64,000 bases of DNA from IMG/VR virus record IMGVR_UViG_3300028581_000012; one strand, given 5' to 3'. The translations under genes were made by a program, and so were the position numbers. This DNA comes from a virus. Under the pieces are notes generated by a model, which did not search any database, was not told where the DNA came from, and saw only the letters and a program-made list of their open reading frames with translations. This document shows positions 30,375-39,416 of this stretch, piece after piece. The stretch's first letter is position 1. Each line of letters starts with the position of its first letter.

Positions 30375-32261
30375 TTATCTCAATTCTTGTAAGTCGAATG
30401 AACGAACACCATCAACTGTGATACGTCCGTAGAAACGGTTGTTAACCATTTTCTTAGCGTATCTTGTCATTATACCTTTAATAGGTGTAAAGTTGAATGG
30501 GTTGTACATTGTAGGTGTTAATTGAAGTGGAACATATGGTGCATATACGTAACCAGTATCAAGAAGTGATGTACCTTTGTGTCCTAACAATACTTGGTTT
30601 GCTGGGAAGTAAGGGTCACGATATACTTGGTAACGACCTGCTAATGTACCAACTCTTTCAATACCCATGTTGTATTGGTCTTGCTCAGGAGATGCGTTTG
30701 ATACGTGGAAGTACTCAAGGTCATCAAAGATTGCAGAAACCTCAGAAGAAACAACAATCCAGTTAGCTCCACCACGAAGTGTAGACTTGTGGATTTGTGC
30801 TGACAATTGGTTGATTGCTGTAATCAAAGTTTGGTTCCAGTCTTTTTGAGTGTAAGAAGTTGTGTTAGACAATCTTCTCCATCCGTTGTAATCCCAACGT
30901 AAGTTCCAAGCCGCTCCTTTACGAAGGTCACGAAGAATCTCACGGTCAATTTCTGCAGCAACTTGCTCAGACAATAAAGCTGTTAATTCAGCTTCAGCGT
31001 CGATGTTGTGGAATGCAGAAACGTCTTGTGCCAATTCAGGAGACCATTGTGCTCTTAGTTTTCTTTCTGTCACAGATACAGTAACTGACTCAAGGTCGAA
31101 AGAAACCTCACCAATTTGGTCTTCGAATTCAAGTTCTTTGTAACGTCTGTAAGCCGCCTTGATAACTGTGTTAGCACCTGCTCCAGACCAAGCACTTGTA
31201 AGAGTTGCTCCTGAATAACCATCAATAGTTTGTGCGTTAGAACAAGATACACATACTGGTACTTGTGCGTCGATTTCTAAATATATAAAACCTGTTTGAG
31301 AACAGATATTATCATAAGAACCTCCGTTACCTGCTGTAGAACTTGCAAATCCACTACCAAAAGGGGCTGAAGTACTTGTTGAAGTTGGTCCTACAATACC
31401 TTGACCATATTTTTGAGTAACCACTCTGAATAATAATGGTGTGTATGTAGATGTCCCAAGGTTAGCAGCTGCTGCTGAACTTTCAGTATACAATACCAAA
31501 TTAGATAAAAACGCTTCGTTATCAATTTCTTGACCATCAGGTCCAATTAATTTACCAACACCCGCAGAAGAAAATCCTGACATAGCTACAAGGATTTTTC
31601 TATACTCAACACCCGCAATTGCACTTACAGCTGTTGTATATGCAGATGCGATAAGACTTCCATTTGACCAAGCAACTGTTGGTGTAGAACCTGTTACAGT
31701 TACAAACTGACCTTTTGAGTAATCGAATAAACCAGATGGATTCAATCCTGGTTCAGAACCTTCATAAAATAAATCATAAAGACTTCTAGTATAAGAAGGA
31801 TTGTAATCACCATTTGTGTTATTATAACCATCGTTAGTTTGTCCTTGCATACTTGGTGAACCGATTGGTCCATAATGTGTTCCTGAAGTGATACCCAAAT
31901 TATTTTGAACAGTACCACCAGAGTATCCTTGGATTTTAGGTACAAAATAGAACAATTTACCAATAGGTAAGTTCATTGCTTGTACAGAAACTAAATCGTT
32001 AGCCAACAATTTAGAGAATACACGTCTTACGATAGGGAAAACTACAGTTTCAAAAGAACCTGAGCTATCTGTAGACGCAGCTTCGTTAATTAGGTGAGAC
32101 GCTTGGTTTTCATATAACTGTGCCATGTTCTCTTTGATGTGTCCTTTAAGACCGTCTAGGAATCCTAATCTATCCCATTTGTTAATTGTATCTTCTTTGA
32201 TAACTTTAAGGTGTTTTAACCCGATGTTACCAACAAGACCTGATTCTAATAATGCTCCCAT
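30375..32261 (-). CDS. Major capsid protein (T4 gp23-like)
   Basis: VSVQAMNLPIGKLFY, RKLRAQWSPELAQD, AEIDREI, YAPYVPL, FTPIKGIMTRY. Confidence 0.95.
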   Translation of the reverse strand: MGALLESGLVGNIGLKHLKVIKEDTINKWDRLGFLDGLKGHIKENMAQLYENQASHLINEAASTDSSGSFETVVFPIVRRVFSKLLANDLVSVQAMNLPIGKLFYFVPKIQGYSGGTVQNNLGITSGTHYGPIGSPSMQGQTNDGYNNTNGDYNPSYTRSLYDLFYEGSEPGLNPSGLFDYSKGQFVTVTGSTPTVAWSNGSLIASAYTTAVSAIAGVEYRKILVAMSGFSSAGVGKLIGPDGQEIDNEAFLSNLVLYTESSAAAANLGTSTYTPLLFRVVTQKYGQGIVGPTSTSTSAPFGSGFASSTAGNGGSYDNICSQTGFIYLEIDAQVPVCVSCSNAQTIDGYSGATLTSAWSGAGANTVIKAAYRRYKELEFEDQIGEVSFDLESVTVSVTERKLRAQWSPELAQDVSAFHNIDAEAELTALLSEQVAAEIDREILRDLRKGAAWNLRWDYNGWRRLSNTTSYTQKDWNQTLITAINQLSAQIHKSTLRGGANWIVVSSEVSAIFDDLEYFHVSNASPEQDQYNMGIERVGTLAGRYQVYRDPYFPANQVLLGHKGTSLLDTGYVYAPYVPLQLTPTMYNPFNFTPIKGIMTRYAKKMVNNRFYGRITVDGVRSFDLQELR

Positions 32262-32295
32262 TTTTAAATTTTTTTTAGAGTTTATTTTATTTTTT

Positions 32296-33786
32296 TTATT
32301 TTATTTTGGACATTAAATCCTTCATCCTCATAAATTGAGGATTTTCATAAGCTTTAGATTCAATCAAGTTAGAAGATGAACCATTACTTGGAGTTTTAAT
32401 AACTTTTTGTGTAATTGATTCAGTTACTACTGAATTTGGTGTATCACCTAATTCTTCCTTGATTGATTTATAAAGTGTTTTTGATTCTTTCAAAGAGTCT
32501 ACATTATCGAATCTTCTAAGAATGTTGATTTTTTCTTGTTTTGTTGTTGAGTGTTCTGTAAACAAACGTGTAGCGTAAGCCAAGTTTGAATTGAAAATTG
32601 CAACTTCATTTAATTTATTTCTAAAAAAGTCTAATGCTTTTCTATACTCTTCATTTTTTTCTTTTAAAGTTTCAAATTCGTGAGACTCAAAAGTTAAATT
32701 TCTGTTTGGAGTGATTGCCTTTCTTAAACCTCTACCTTTTTTAGAACCATTTCCATAAGTTCTAGCAGCTTCAGCAGTTTCTACATCATCATCATCATCT
32801 TCTTCTTCGTCCATCCAACCATCTGAGATTTCATCCTCATCAGTTTCAGTAACACCATGCTTTAATTTTGAAGGATAAATCTTAGTTTTAAGTTTTCCGA
32901 TTTTTCCTTTCGCTTTAAAAGCTTCAACAACATTTTCCAATGATTCTTGGTCGATTTCATAAACTTGGTCGTCCATTTCGTACATGTCTTCATCCATATC
33001 TTCATACATTTCATCCATATGACCCATACCTTCGTTGTAGTCCATTTCGTACATGTCTTCATCCATATCTTCATACATTTCATCCATATGACCCATACCT
33101 TCGTTGTAGTCCATTTCGTACATGTCTTCATCCATATGACCCATACCTTCGTTGTAGTCCATTTCGTACATGTCTTCGTCCATATGACCCATACCTTCTC
33201 TATAGTCAAGTTCTGACATACCTCCCATCATTGAATCATCTTCAAAAACCAACTCATATGTTGTGTTTTCAGCCATTTGTTCAATTGGTTGTTCCATTGG
33301 TTGTTCGGGTTCTTCTGCCGCTAAACTGATTAAATATTCAGTATTTGCTTTACCATCTTTTAAATGAACATAATCACCATCTTTTTTGATAATAAAACCA
33401 TCCTCATCACCCATAGCCTTGAAAACTTTCATTAACTCGGGCATTGAAGCGTTTGACATATCAAGTGGAGGTAATTCTTCACCTGATGGTGGCATCGCAC
33501 CTTTACCATTATCAGCACCTACTTCAGGTTGTTGTGTTACAACTTCCTCTTCAGCAGACACATCTTCTTCGCCTTCTTGTTCTGGTTCTTGTGGTTCTTC
33601 ACCACCTTGTGATTGTTCCCTTAAAGACCTTTTAGAACCTAAAATAGATTCTCTTACTAATTCGCCGATTTCTTCCTTCATAGTTGAAGCAAGTATTCCT
33701 TTTGCATTTTCACTAATCGCTTCCTCAATAGACTTCATTTGTAATAAAGCCTCTTCGACTAAGGATTCTGTTTTTCTGTTACTCAT
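32296..33786 (-). CDS. Prohead core/scaffold protein (gp22-like)
   Basis: Very acidic coiled-coil protein immediately upstream of the capsid gene, with many (I/L/V)xE sites. Confidence 0.7.
   Translation of the reverse strand: MSNRKTESLVEEALLQMKSIEEAISENAKGILASTMKEEIGELVRESILGSKRSLREQSQGGEEPQEPEQEGEEDVSAEEEVVTQQPEVGADNGKGAMPPSGEELPPLDMSNASMPELMKVFKAMGDEDGFIIKKDGDYVHLKDGKANTEYLISLAAEEPEQPMEQPIEQMAENTTYELVFEDDSMMGGMSELDYREGMGHMDEDMYEMDYNEGMGHMDEDMYEMDYNEGMGHMDEMYEDMDEDMYEMDYNEGMGHMDEMYEDMDEDMYEMDDQVYEIDQESLENVVEAFKAKGKIGKLKTKIYPSKLKHGVTETDEDEISDGWMDEEEDDDDDVETAEAARTYGNGSKKGRGLRKAITPNRNLTFESHEFETLKEKNEEYRKALDFFRNKLNEVAIFNSNLAYATRLFTEHSTTKQEKINILRRFDNVDSLKESKTLYKSIKEELGDTPNSVVTESITQKVIKTPSNGSSSNLIESKAYENPQFMRMKDLMSKIK
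32970..33205 (-). repeat. In-frame tandem repeat of 48-bp and 69-bp units in the scaffold gene
   Basis: 16-aa unit DEDMYEMDYNEGMGHM and a 23-aa variant with extra DEMYEDM, near-identical at DNA level. Confidence 0.9.
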
Positions 33787-33873
33787 TAAAAAGCATTAAT
33801 ATTTGCGTTTATTTTATAATAAATATATCTACATTCCAAAAAGTTTTATTTTAACACAAAAAACCCATAAAAT

Positions 33874-33897
33874 AAAAAAGGTCCCTTTTGGGGACCT
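33874..33897 (-). terminator. Rho-independent terminator
   Basis: AGGTCCC-loop-GGGACCT with an A tract on the plus strand (U tract on minus). Confidence 0.7.
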
Positions 33898-33918
33898 CAT
33901 CATTAGATAATAAAAAAA

Positions 33919-34128
33919 TTACTCAATCACTTCATCAATCTTACTTTCAACAATAGCGGTTATACGCCAATCTAAAGTATAAGTTTCATAAACTTTTGTG
34001 ACTTTCGCCTCAACATCCGTTGGTGAAAAACCTTTAACAAGTTTTTCTTCTCTCATTTTTTTAATTTTTCCTGTGTTATCATCAACCATATCAGTTGTGA
34101 TTTTTGCTACAAAATACTTCTCATCCAT
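33919..34128 (-). CDS. Small protein resembling DUF4494
   Basis: YFVAKI...GKIKKMREEKLVKGFSPTDVEAKV pattern recalled from a Bacteroidota family; not verified. Confidence 0.5.
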   Translation of the reverse strand: MDEKYFVAKITTDMVDDNTGKIKKMREEKLVKGFSPTDVEAKVTKVYETYTLDWRITAIVESKIDEVIE

Positions 34129-34138
34129 TTTATTAATA

Positions 34139-34852
34139 TTATTTACCTAAATAATCCGATAATCTTTTCATTAAGTCAACAGATTTATCTAAACCACTAT
34201 TACCACCACCATATGTATTTTCGTGTTCAGCCAATTTTTCTTCATATCTTGGTCTGTCTTCAGCATTTAAATATAGATAAGCTCCAGGTGTTGATGGTGA
34301 AGATACAAGGTCAAAACAAATTAACTCAAAATCATCTTGTACTTCGTTTTCGTCACCCTTTTTTACCAAAGACCCGACTCCACGAGAAGATACTCCCATG
34401 GTGACTCCTTGTCTCATAAGATTTGCGGCAACATCACCCTTTGATGTTACTATTCCTCTTTCGTGAAAACCGGGGCTAGTTAATAATTTAATTTTACCCA
34501 TTAAAATATTTCCTTCCCACCACGTTTCAGTAATGAGGTGAGATACTCTATCTAAATCTACTAACGATGATTCAGGGTGATTAAGTTCTGATATAGACAT
34601 TCCTCTTTTGATAACATCTTGGTATTTTTCAGATTCTCTTTTTAATATTTTTTCGGGATAAACTCTTCCGTTTCTATTTGGAACACCGTATTTCTGTAGT
34701 GTTGCATAAAAAACAAATGGTTTTGAATGGTCAAGTTGTCCGTATGATTCTCTAATTATATTTTGGTTTCTTGGTTCGTTTGGATTTATAATTCCTGCAT
34801 CCCATTCAACAAGAATTCCTTTACCCGTATCTTTTGGTCCTAAAATTTTCAT
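34139..34852 (-). CDS. Prohead core protein protease (T4 gp21-like)
   Basis: NRNGRVYP, ELNHP, VSHLIT, GVSSRGVGS, FDLVSSPSTPGA. Confidence 0.93.
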   Translation of the reverse strand: MKILGPKDTGKGILVEWDAGIINPNEPRNQNIIRESYGQLDHSKPFVFYATLQKYGVPNRNGRVYPEKILKRESEKYQDVIKRGMSISELNHPESSLVDLDRVSHLITETWWEGNILMGKIKLLTSPGFHERGIVTSKGDVAANLMRQGVTMGVSSRGVGSLVKKGDENEVQDDFELICFDLVSSPSTPGAYLYLNAEDRPRYEEKLAEHENTYGGGNSGLDKSVDLMKRLSDYLGK

Positions 34853-34872
34853 AATATTTTTATTAATAAATA

Positions 34873-35322
34873 TTATATTTCTTGTGTTTCTGCCAATTTT
34901 GTCTTACTTAATGTGAAATAAAGTGAATTTTTTAAATCATCCTTATAAATTGCAGATAAAATATTTTTTATTTTTGACCTTAAAATTAAAGATTTAAAAT
35001 CGTAAGTATCGTTGTGAATAAAAAGTGTTACTTCTAAATTTAAAAAACTTTTTTTGTTTTTTTGAAGTCCACTTGTTCTAAGGTCCAAGTCTACTATATA
35101 TTTTTTTTCAAAAATTTTATGGTCTACAACTTCAAGTAATGTGTGTAATATTTGTCTTTTTATACTTCCTGTGATTGAAACCCAGTTTGTGTAATCATCT
35201 TTTGGTTCAACCCACGTTTGTAAAATTAAATAAATTGATTTAAAATTTTTGGAATCGACTGTTCCATATTGACATTTTGCATCATCAAAAATGTTTAGTT
35301 TTGATGTTTTTCCTTTCTTCAT
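34873..35322 (-). CDS. Hypothetical protein
   Basis: 149 aa ORF. Confidence 0.55.
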   Translation of the reverse strand: MKKGKTSKLNIFDDAKCQYGTVDSKNFKSIYLILQTWVEPKDDYTNWVSITGSIKRQILHTLLEVVDHKIFEKKYIVDLDLRTSGLQKNKKSFLNLEVTLFIHNDTYDFKSLILRSKIKNILSAIYKDDLKNSLYFTLSKTKLAETQEI

Positions 35323-35427
35323 TTTTCATATGTAAGAGGTTTATTTTTATAAAATATAACAATTATAAAAGAATTTGTCAAAACCTAAAAAAGTTCGTAT
35401 ATTTATATCAAAAAGGGTAAAAAATTT

Positions 35428-35619
35428 ATGATTATTATTGAAGTTAAAAAAAACAATATTGAGCAAGCGTTAAAACAATATAAATTTAAAGTTTATAAAA
35501 CAAAACAATTAGAATTTTTAAGAGATAGACAAGAGTTTGAAAAAAAATCTGTTAGAAATAGAAAACAAAAAATAAAGGCGGCTTACCTTCAAAAGAAAAG
35601 AAATCATTTATCTTCTTGA
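35428..35619 (+). CDS. rpsU: Phage-encoded ribosomal protein bS21
   Basis: IEQALKQYKFK...LRDRQEFEKKSVRNR...KAAYLQ matches Bacteroidota S21; the gene is antisense within the head cluster. Confidence 0.85.
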   Translation: MIIIEVKKNNIEQALKQYKFKVYKTKQLEFLRDRQEFEKKSVRNRKQKIKAAYLQKKRNHLSS

Positions 35620-35855
35620 TTTTTATCTACCTTTTTTTTGTGGGTAAAAAAATCAACAGAAGTAAGACCTAAAGTTCCAAAGGCCAATAAACCGATAGTT
35701 TCTATTAAAATTTCAGGTGCCTCATATTTCCCACAACTGAACAAAGAAACAAATAAAGCGGCAATTAAAGAAATACTACACAAAAGACCAATAAATCTTT
35801 TTGAAGATATACCTCCGTTGGCACCTTCCATCATATTTTTAAAGAATTGAATCAT
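35604..35855 (-). CDS. Small two-TM membrane protein (holin-like)
   Basis: ISSKR followed by two hydrophobic helices and a basic tail. Confidence 0.5.
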   Translation of the reverse strand: MIQFFKNMMEGANGGISSKRFIGLLCSISLIAALFVSLFSCGKYEAPEILIETIGLLAFGTLGLTSVDFFTHKKKVDKNQEDK

Positions 35856-36589
35856 AAACCTTCTTGAAGTTGCTTTAACTTGTAGTAGTTGTAAAAATCT
35901 ACTGGTGAATTCTGTATTTTATCTACAGTTTTTTCTATTGTATTTTTTAAATCATTTTCAGTTGATTCGTTTAACTTTACTTTCAAACTATCAACAATAG
36001 ATTCTTTTAATCTTACCATTCTTAACTCTAACTCATCTTTTGATAAAAAAACAATTTCTTTTATTTCATTTTTTTCACTTTCAGATAATGTAGAAATTTC
36101 TTCATTTAACTTTGAGTTTGCAACCTTTAACATTGTTTCTAAAGGTAAATTGATTGATTCAGAAATAGTTTTTTCTATTTTGTTTGTTGTTAAAACTTTA
36201 GATATTTGTTTTTTGGATTCTAAAATTGACTCTAAATTTTTAATAGACTTATTATATATGACAGTATCAATTGTTTCGTATTTGTTACTTGAGTTGTTGT
36301 GTAAGTCAATTGCGTTAATCCAAGAACCAATTTTATTCAAAACTCTTGTGTTATTTTCTACTAAAATTTGTGAATATTCAACAGATTCATTTACATAGTC
36401 ATTTACCAAATCTGATGACATACCTTTGTTTTCAGTTAAATCATCATATATGTAATACAATTCTGCAATATCCTTATTTTCTAATACAATAGTTCTAAAT
36501 TGATTAGAAAAATATTTAAACTCATCTTTACCATATAAATTGATAAAAGTTTCTTCTATTTTAGTTTTAATTTCACCAAAAGTTGCCAT
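35852..36589 (-). CDS. Hypothetical protein downstream of the portal gene
   Basis: 245 aa helical ORF; late motif at 36604-36610. Confidence 0.6.
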   Translation of the reverse strand: MATFGEIKTKIEETFINLYGKDEFKYFSNQFRTIVLENKDIAELYYIYDDLTENKGMSSDLVNDYVNESVEYSQILVENNTRVLNKIGSWINAIDLHNNSSNKYETIDTVIYNKSIKNLESILESKKQISKVLTTNKIEKTISESINLPLETMLKVANSKLNEEISTLSESEKNEIKEIVFLSKDELELRMVRLKESIVDSLKVKLNESTENDLKNTIEKTVDKIQNSPVDFYNYYKLKQLQEGL

Positions 36590-36611
36590 AATAATTTTTT
36601 ATAATAAATAC

Positions 36612-39383
36612 TTACTTATTCAATAAGTTTTTAATTTTATCATCTATTTCATTTAGGGACATTCGTCCTTTTGATAAATCTAAAGTGTTGTCCTTATCAA
36701 AAAAAGTATTTTCTAAAATTAAATTTAAATCTTTTTTGTTAAAACTTTCAGGAGTTACCCCTCCACCTTCAGGTGCTGGAGGAGCTTCAGGTGCAGGAGG
36801 TGCTCCTCCTCCTTCTTCAGGCGGCATTCCTCCTTCAGGTGCCGCCCCTCCGGCTTCACCACCAGCGGCTGGCACATCTTTTTTACCGTATAATGAATCA
36901 AGAGTATCAAATAATCCTGTTTTAGTTATTACCTCAGCAGTTTTACCTAACTCGGCAGATACCGCTCTTTCAATTCTTTGTTGTTGTAAATCAAGTCTAA
37001 TTTCATCATCAGAAAATCCTAAAATATGTTTTTTGGCCCAAGACGCAGATACAGGAGCAACACTATCTTGAATTGGTGCAACAGCATCTTTAAACAATGT
37101 GATTTTTTCTTTCCATAGTTCTATACCAAGAAGGTCAGATTGTTTTGACGGATTTGTAAGTCCAAGAGTAAAGTTTGTTAATTCATCTTCAAACCCTAAT
37201 AAAAATAAATGAATGATTGCAATTTTGTTCATTTCTGCAATCATAGATTTTTGAATTCGGTTGATTGTTCTTGCAAATCTAATGTCGAGAAGTGATAAGT
37301 TTTTACCATCACCAACAGCCTCTTCAAATCCTAAATACGCTTTTGGAATTCTTAATGCTGTAACTAATTTCTTTTGAATATATTCAATATCTGCAATTTC
37401 AGCCAAGTTTTGAGCTCCTGCTAATGTTGTTATTGGTTCAGGGGCTGCCATATCTCTTACAGGAATAAAGTAATCTTGGTCTACCGCCATTTGATTATAT
37501 CTCATATCAACATTTCCTGTTTTTTGGTCAACAATTTGGTCTCTTTTAAATTTGTTTGCAACTCTTTGTACGTATGCATCAACATCTTTATCGTCCATAT
37601 TACCAACAAAAACTTTAAATACACGTCTTTCAGGAGCTCTTGATACACGATAAATCAACATAGCGTCTTCAGATAACAAAAGTTGTTTCCAAATACGACG
37701 TGCTTTTTCTAACATTGAAGTTCCGTATGGTAGTTTTCTGTCGTCGCCTAAAATTCTAAAGTGAGCAACTTCCCAAGTATTAAACTCCATATTTTTTTCC
37801 TTCCAAGTAAACTTCAACGCATCATTTTCAATTTCTGCAGAATATTTTTCAGGTTGGAATTTCATACCTTTTTCTAAACGTTCAATTTGAATGTTAGGTA
37901 ATTGTTGACAACCAACAACACCTCGTTCTGGGTCCAATTTTAAATACACAAAGTTGTCACCAAACTTACACGTATTTCTAATCCACATTGGTAAGTTTGT
38001 ATTAATATCTAACTTATTGTTGAATAAGTCGGTTAAAACTGATTTGATTCTTTTTGATTCTGAATAAATTTGAAGAATGTGTCCATCTTTATCAGGTGTT
38101 GTTGATTCTTCAGCATAAATGTCTAATGCTGCCGAAATTTCAGGAGTATTATGTGAAAAAATAGAATCTGTTGCAAAATTTTTATACCCTGGAACCGTTA
38201 AATCATAAACAGGAACAACACCATAAGGTTCAATTGATAATATTTTGTGGTTTAGATTAATTACGTCATTTTTTGCCTTTGCGGTCGATAACGGTGATTT
38301 TTTAATACCATATGCCATCAAAAAAGTATTCCAATCTTTATACCCATTTGATACAATTTCTCTTTGTAATTTTCGATAAGATATATTTAATTCTTTAGAG
38401 GTTCCTTTTAAAGTTTTTATTTTTCTTGCCGTTTCAATAATATTATCCCAACCAATTTGTATATATGCAGGATTTTTGTCACCACTACGTCTTCCTCCCC
38501 AAACTAATTTACCTTTTCTTTTTGCAACTTCTGACATTTTTTTTCTATAATCAGGATTAGACCATAATTTTTCATTATTTATTTTTGCGTGATATGCTCT
38601 GTGTTCTGATATTTTCATTATTTGTAAATTTTCAGGTAAATTATTTTTACCATCAAAATCTATATGATGAACTTCTTCATCCTTATTTATTTTTTTATCA
38701 TAAAACCATTCAGCAATTAAATTATGTTCGGAAATCCATCCATTATGACCCTCATTTGAATTACACGTATAAACCCAATTATATTTTTGATTATTAAAGA
38801 ATGATTTACGATAAAACGGCATCATTGAATCCCCCAGTTTCAAGTTCATAACCCTTTCAAATGAACCATCTCTTTTCATAAACTGGTGTTCCCAAGTTGC
38901 AATAATAAAACTTTTGTCATCAAAGGTAATTTTATAAGTCATTTCATCTCTAGTGTAATGTGCATTTCTTGCAATTGCAGGTACCACTTTTTTAAGATTG
39001 TAATCGTACGCATAAGTAATAAATTCATAATCTCTACCTTTTTCCGCTAACTCTTTGATTGTTACAAAACCACTTGGAGTTGCAATTTTAGTGTCACCCG
39101 CTAAACAATATTCCATTGACTCATAATCATAATATGAAGCCATTCTTGTTGGTTCATAATATACTGCCTGTTGATACAGGTTACTTTCAACTTTTTGCCA
39201 TTGTTGACCAATGTACATTGTTTGTTGAGCCTGTAGTTTTTCTCTTTCGTAATCTTGTTTTATTGGTGTTTTTAAAAGTTCTTTTTTATCGAATTTAAAA
39301 ACAGGGGACTGTTGGTCCATTGTTGAATTTGGTCCAAAAACTTTACCTAATCTTTGCCAAACTGTATATTTTTCTTCTGCCAT
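36612..39383 (-). CDS. Portal protein (T4 gp20-like), intein-interrupted
   Basis: YESMEY/TPEISAALDIYAEE, PYGTSMLEKAR, EDAMLIYRVSRAPERRVF, DYFIPVR, ALRIPKAYL. Confidence 0.93.
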   Translation of the reverse strand: MAEEKYTVWQRLGKVFGPNSTMDQQSPVFKFDKKELLKTPIKQDYEREKLQAQQTMYIGQQWQKVESNLYQQAVYYEPTRMASYYDYESMEYCLAGDTKIATPSGFVTIKELAEKGRDYEFITYAYDYNLKKVVPAIARNAHYTRDEMTYKITFDDKSFIIATWEHQFMKRDGSFERVMNLKLGDSMMPFYRKSFFNNQKYNWVYTCNSNEGHNGWISEHNLIAEWFYDKKINKDEEVHHIDFDGKNNLPENLQIMKISEHRAYHAKINNEKLWSNPDYRKKMSEVAKRKGKLVWGGRRSGDKNPAYIQIGWDNIIETARKIKTLKGTSKELNISYRKLQREIVSNGYKDWNTFLMAYGIKKSPLSTAKAKNDVINLNHKILSIEPYGVVPVYDLTVPGYKNFATDSIFSHNTPEISAALDIYAEESTTPDKDGHILQIYSESKRIKSVLTDLFNNKLDINTNLPMWIRNTCKFGDNFVYLKLDPERGVVGCQQLPNIQIERLEKGMKFQPEKYSAEIENDALKFTWKEKNMEFNTWEVAHFRILGDDRKLPYGTSMLEKARRIWKQLLLSEDAMLIYRVSRAPERRVFKVFVGNMDDKDVDAYVQRVANKFKRDQIVDQKTGNVDMRYNQMAVDQDYFIPVRDMAAPEPITTLAGAQNLAEIADIEYIQKKLVTALRIPKAYLGFEEAVGDGKNLSLLDIRFARTINRIQKSMIAEMNKIAIIHLFLLGFEDELTNFTLGLTNPSKQSDLLGIELWKEKITLFKDAVAPIQDSVAPVSASWAKKHILGFSDDEIRLDLQQQRIERAVSAELGKTAEVITKTGLFDTLDSLYGKKDVPAAGGEAGGAAPEGGMPPEEGGGAPPAPEAPPAPEGGGVTPESFNKKDLNLILENTFFDKDNTLDLSKGRMSLNEIDDKIKNLLNK
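38148..39107 (-). mobile_element. Intein of 320 aa (portal residues 93-412) containing an HNH endonuclease
   Basis: Begins CLAGDTKI, block B ATWEHQF, ends VYDLTVPGYKNFATDSIFSHN with Thr as the +1 residue; internal EVHHIDFDGKNNLPENL. Confidence 0.92.
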
Positions 39384-39416
39384 TTTATTTTTTAAAATAG
39401 TTGATTTTATAATATT

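Noticed and set aside
32862-33329. CRISPR-like array or extra ORFs over the 48/69-bp repeats
   Set aside because: The repeats are contiguous, in frame and have no unique spacers; the overlapping ORFs are shadows of the scaffold repeat.
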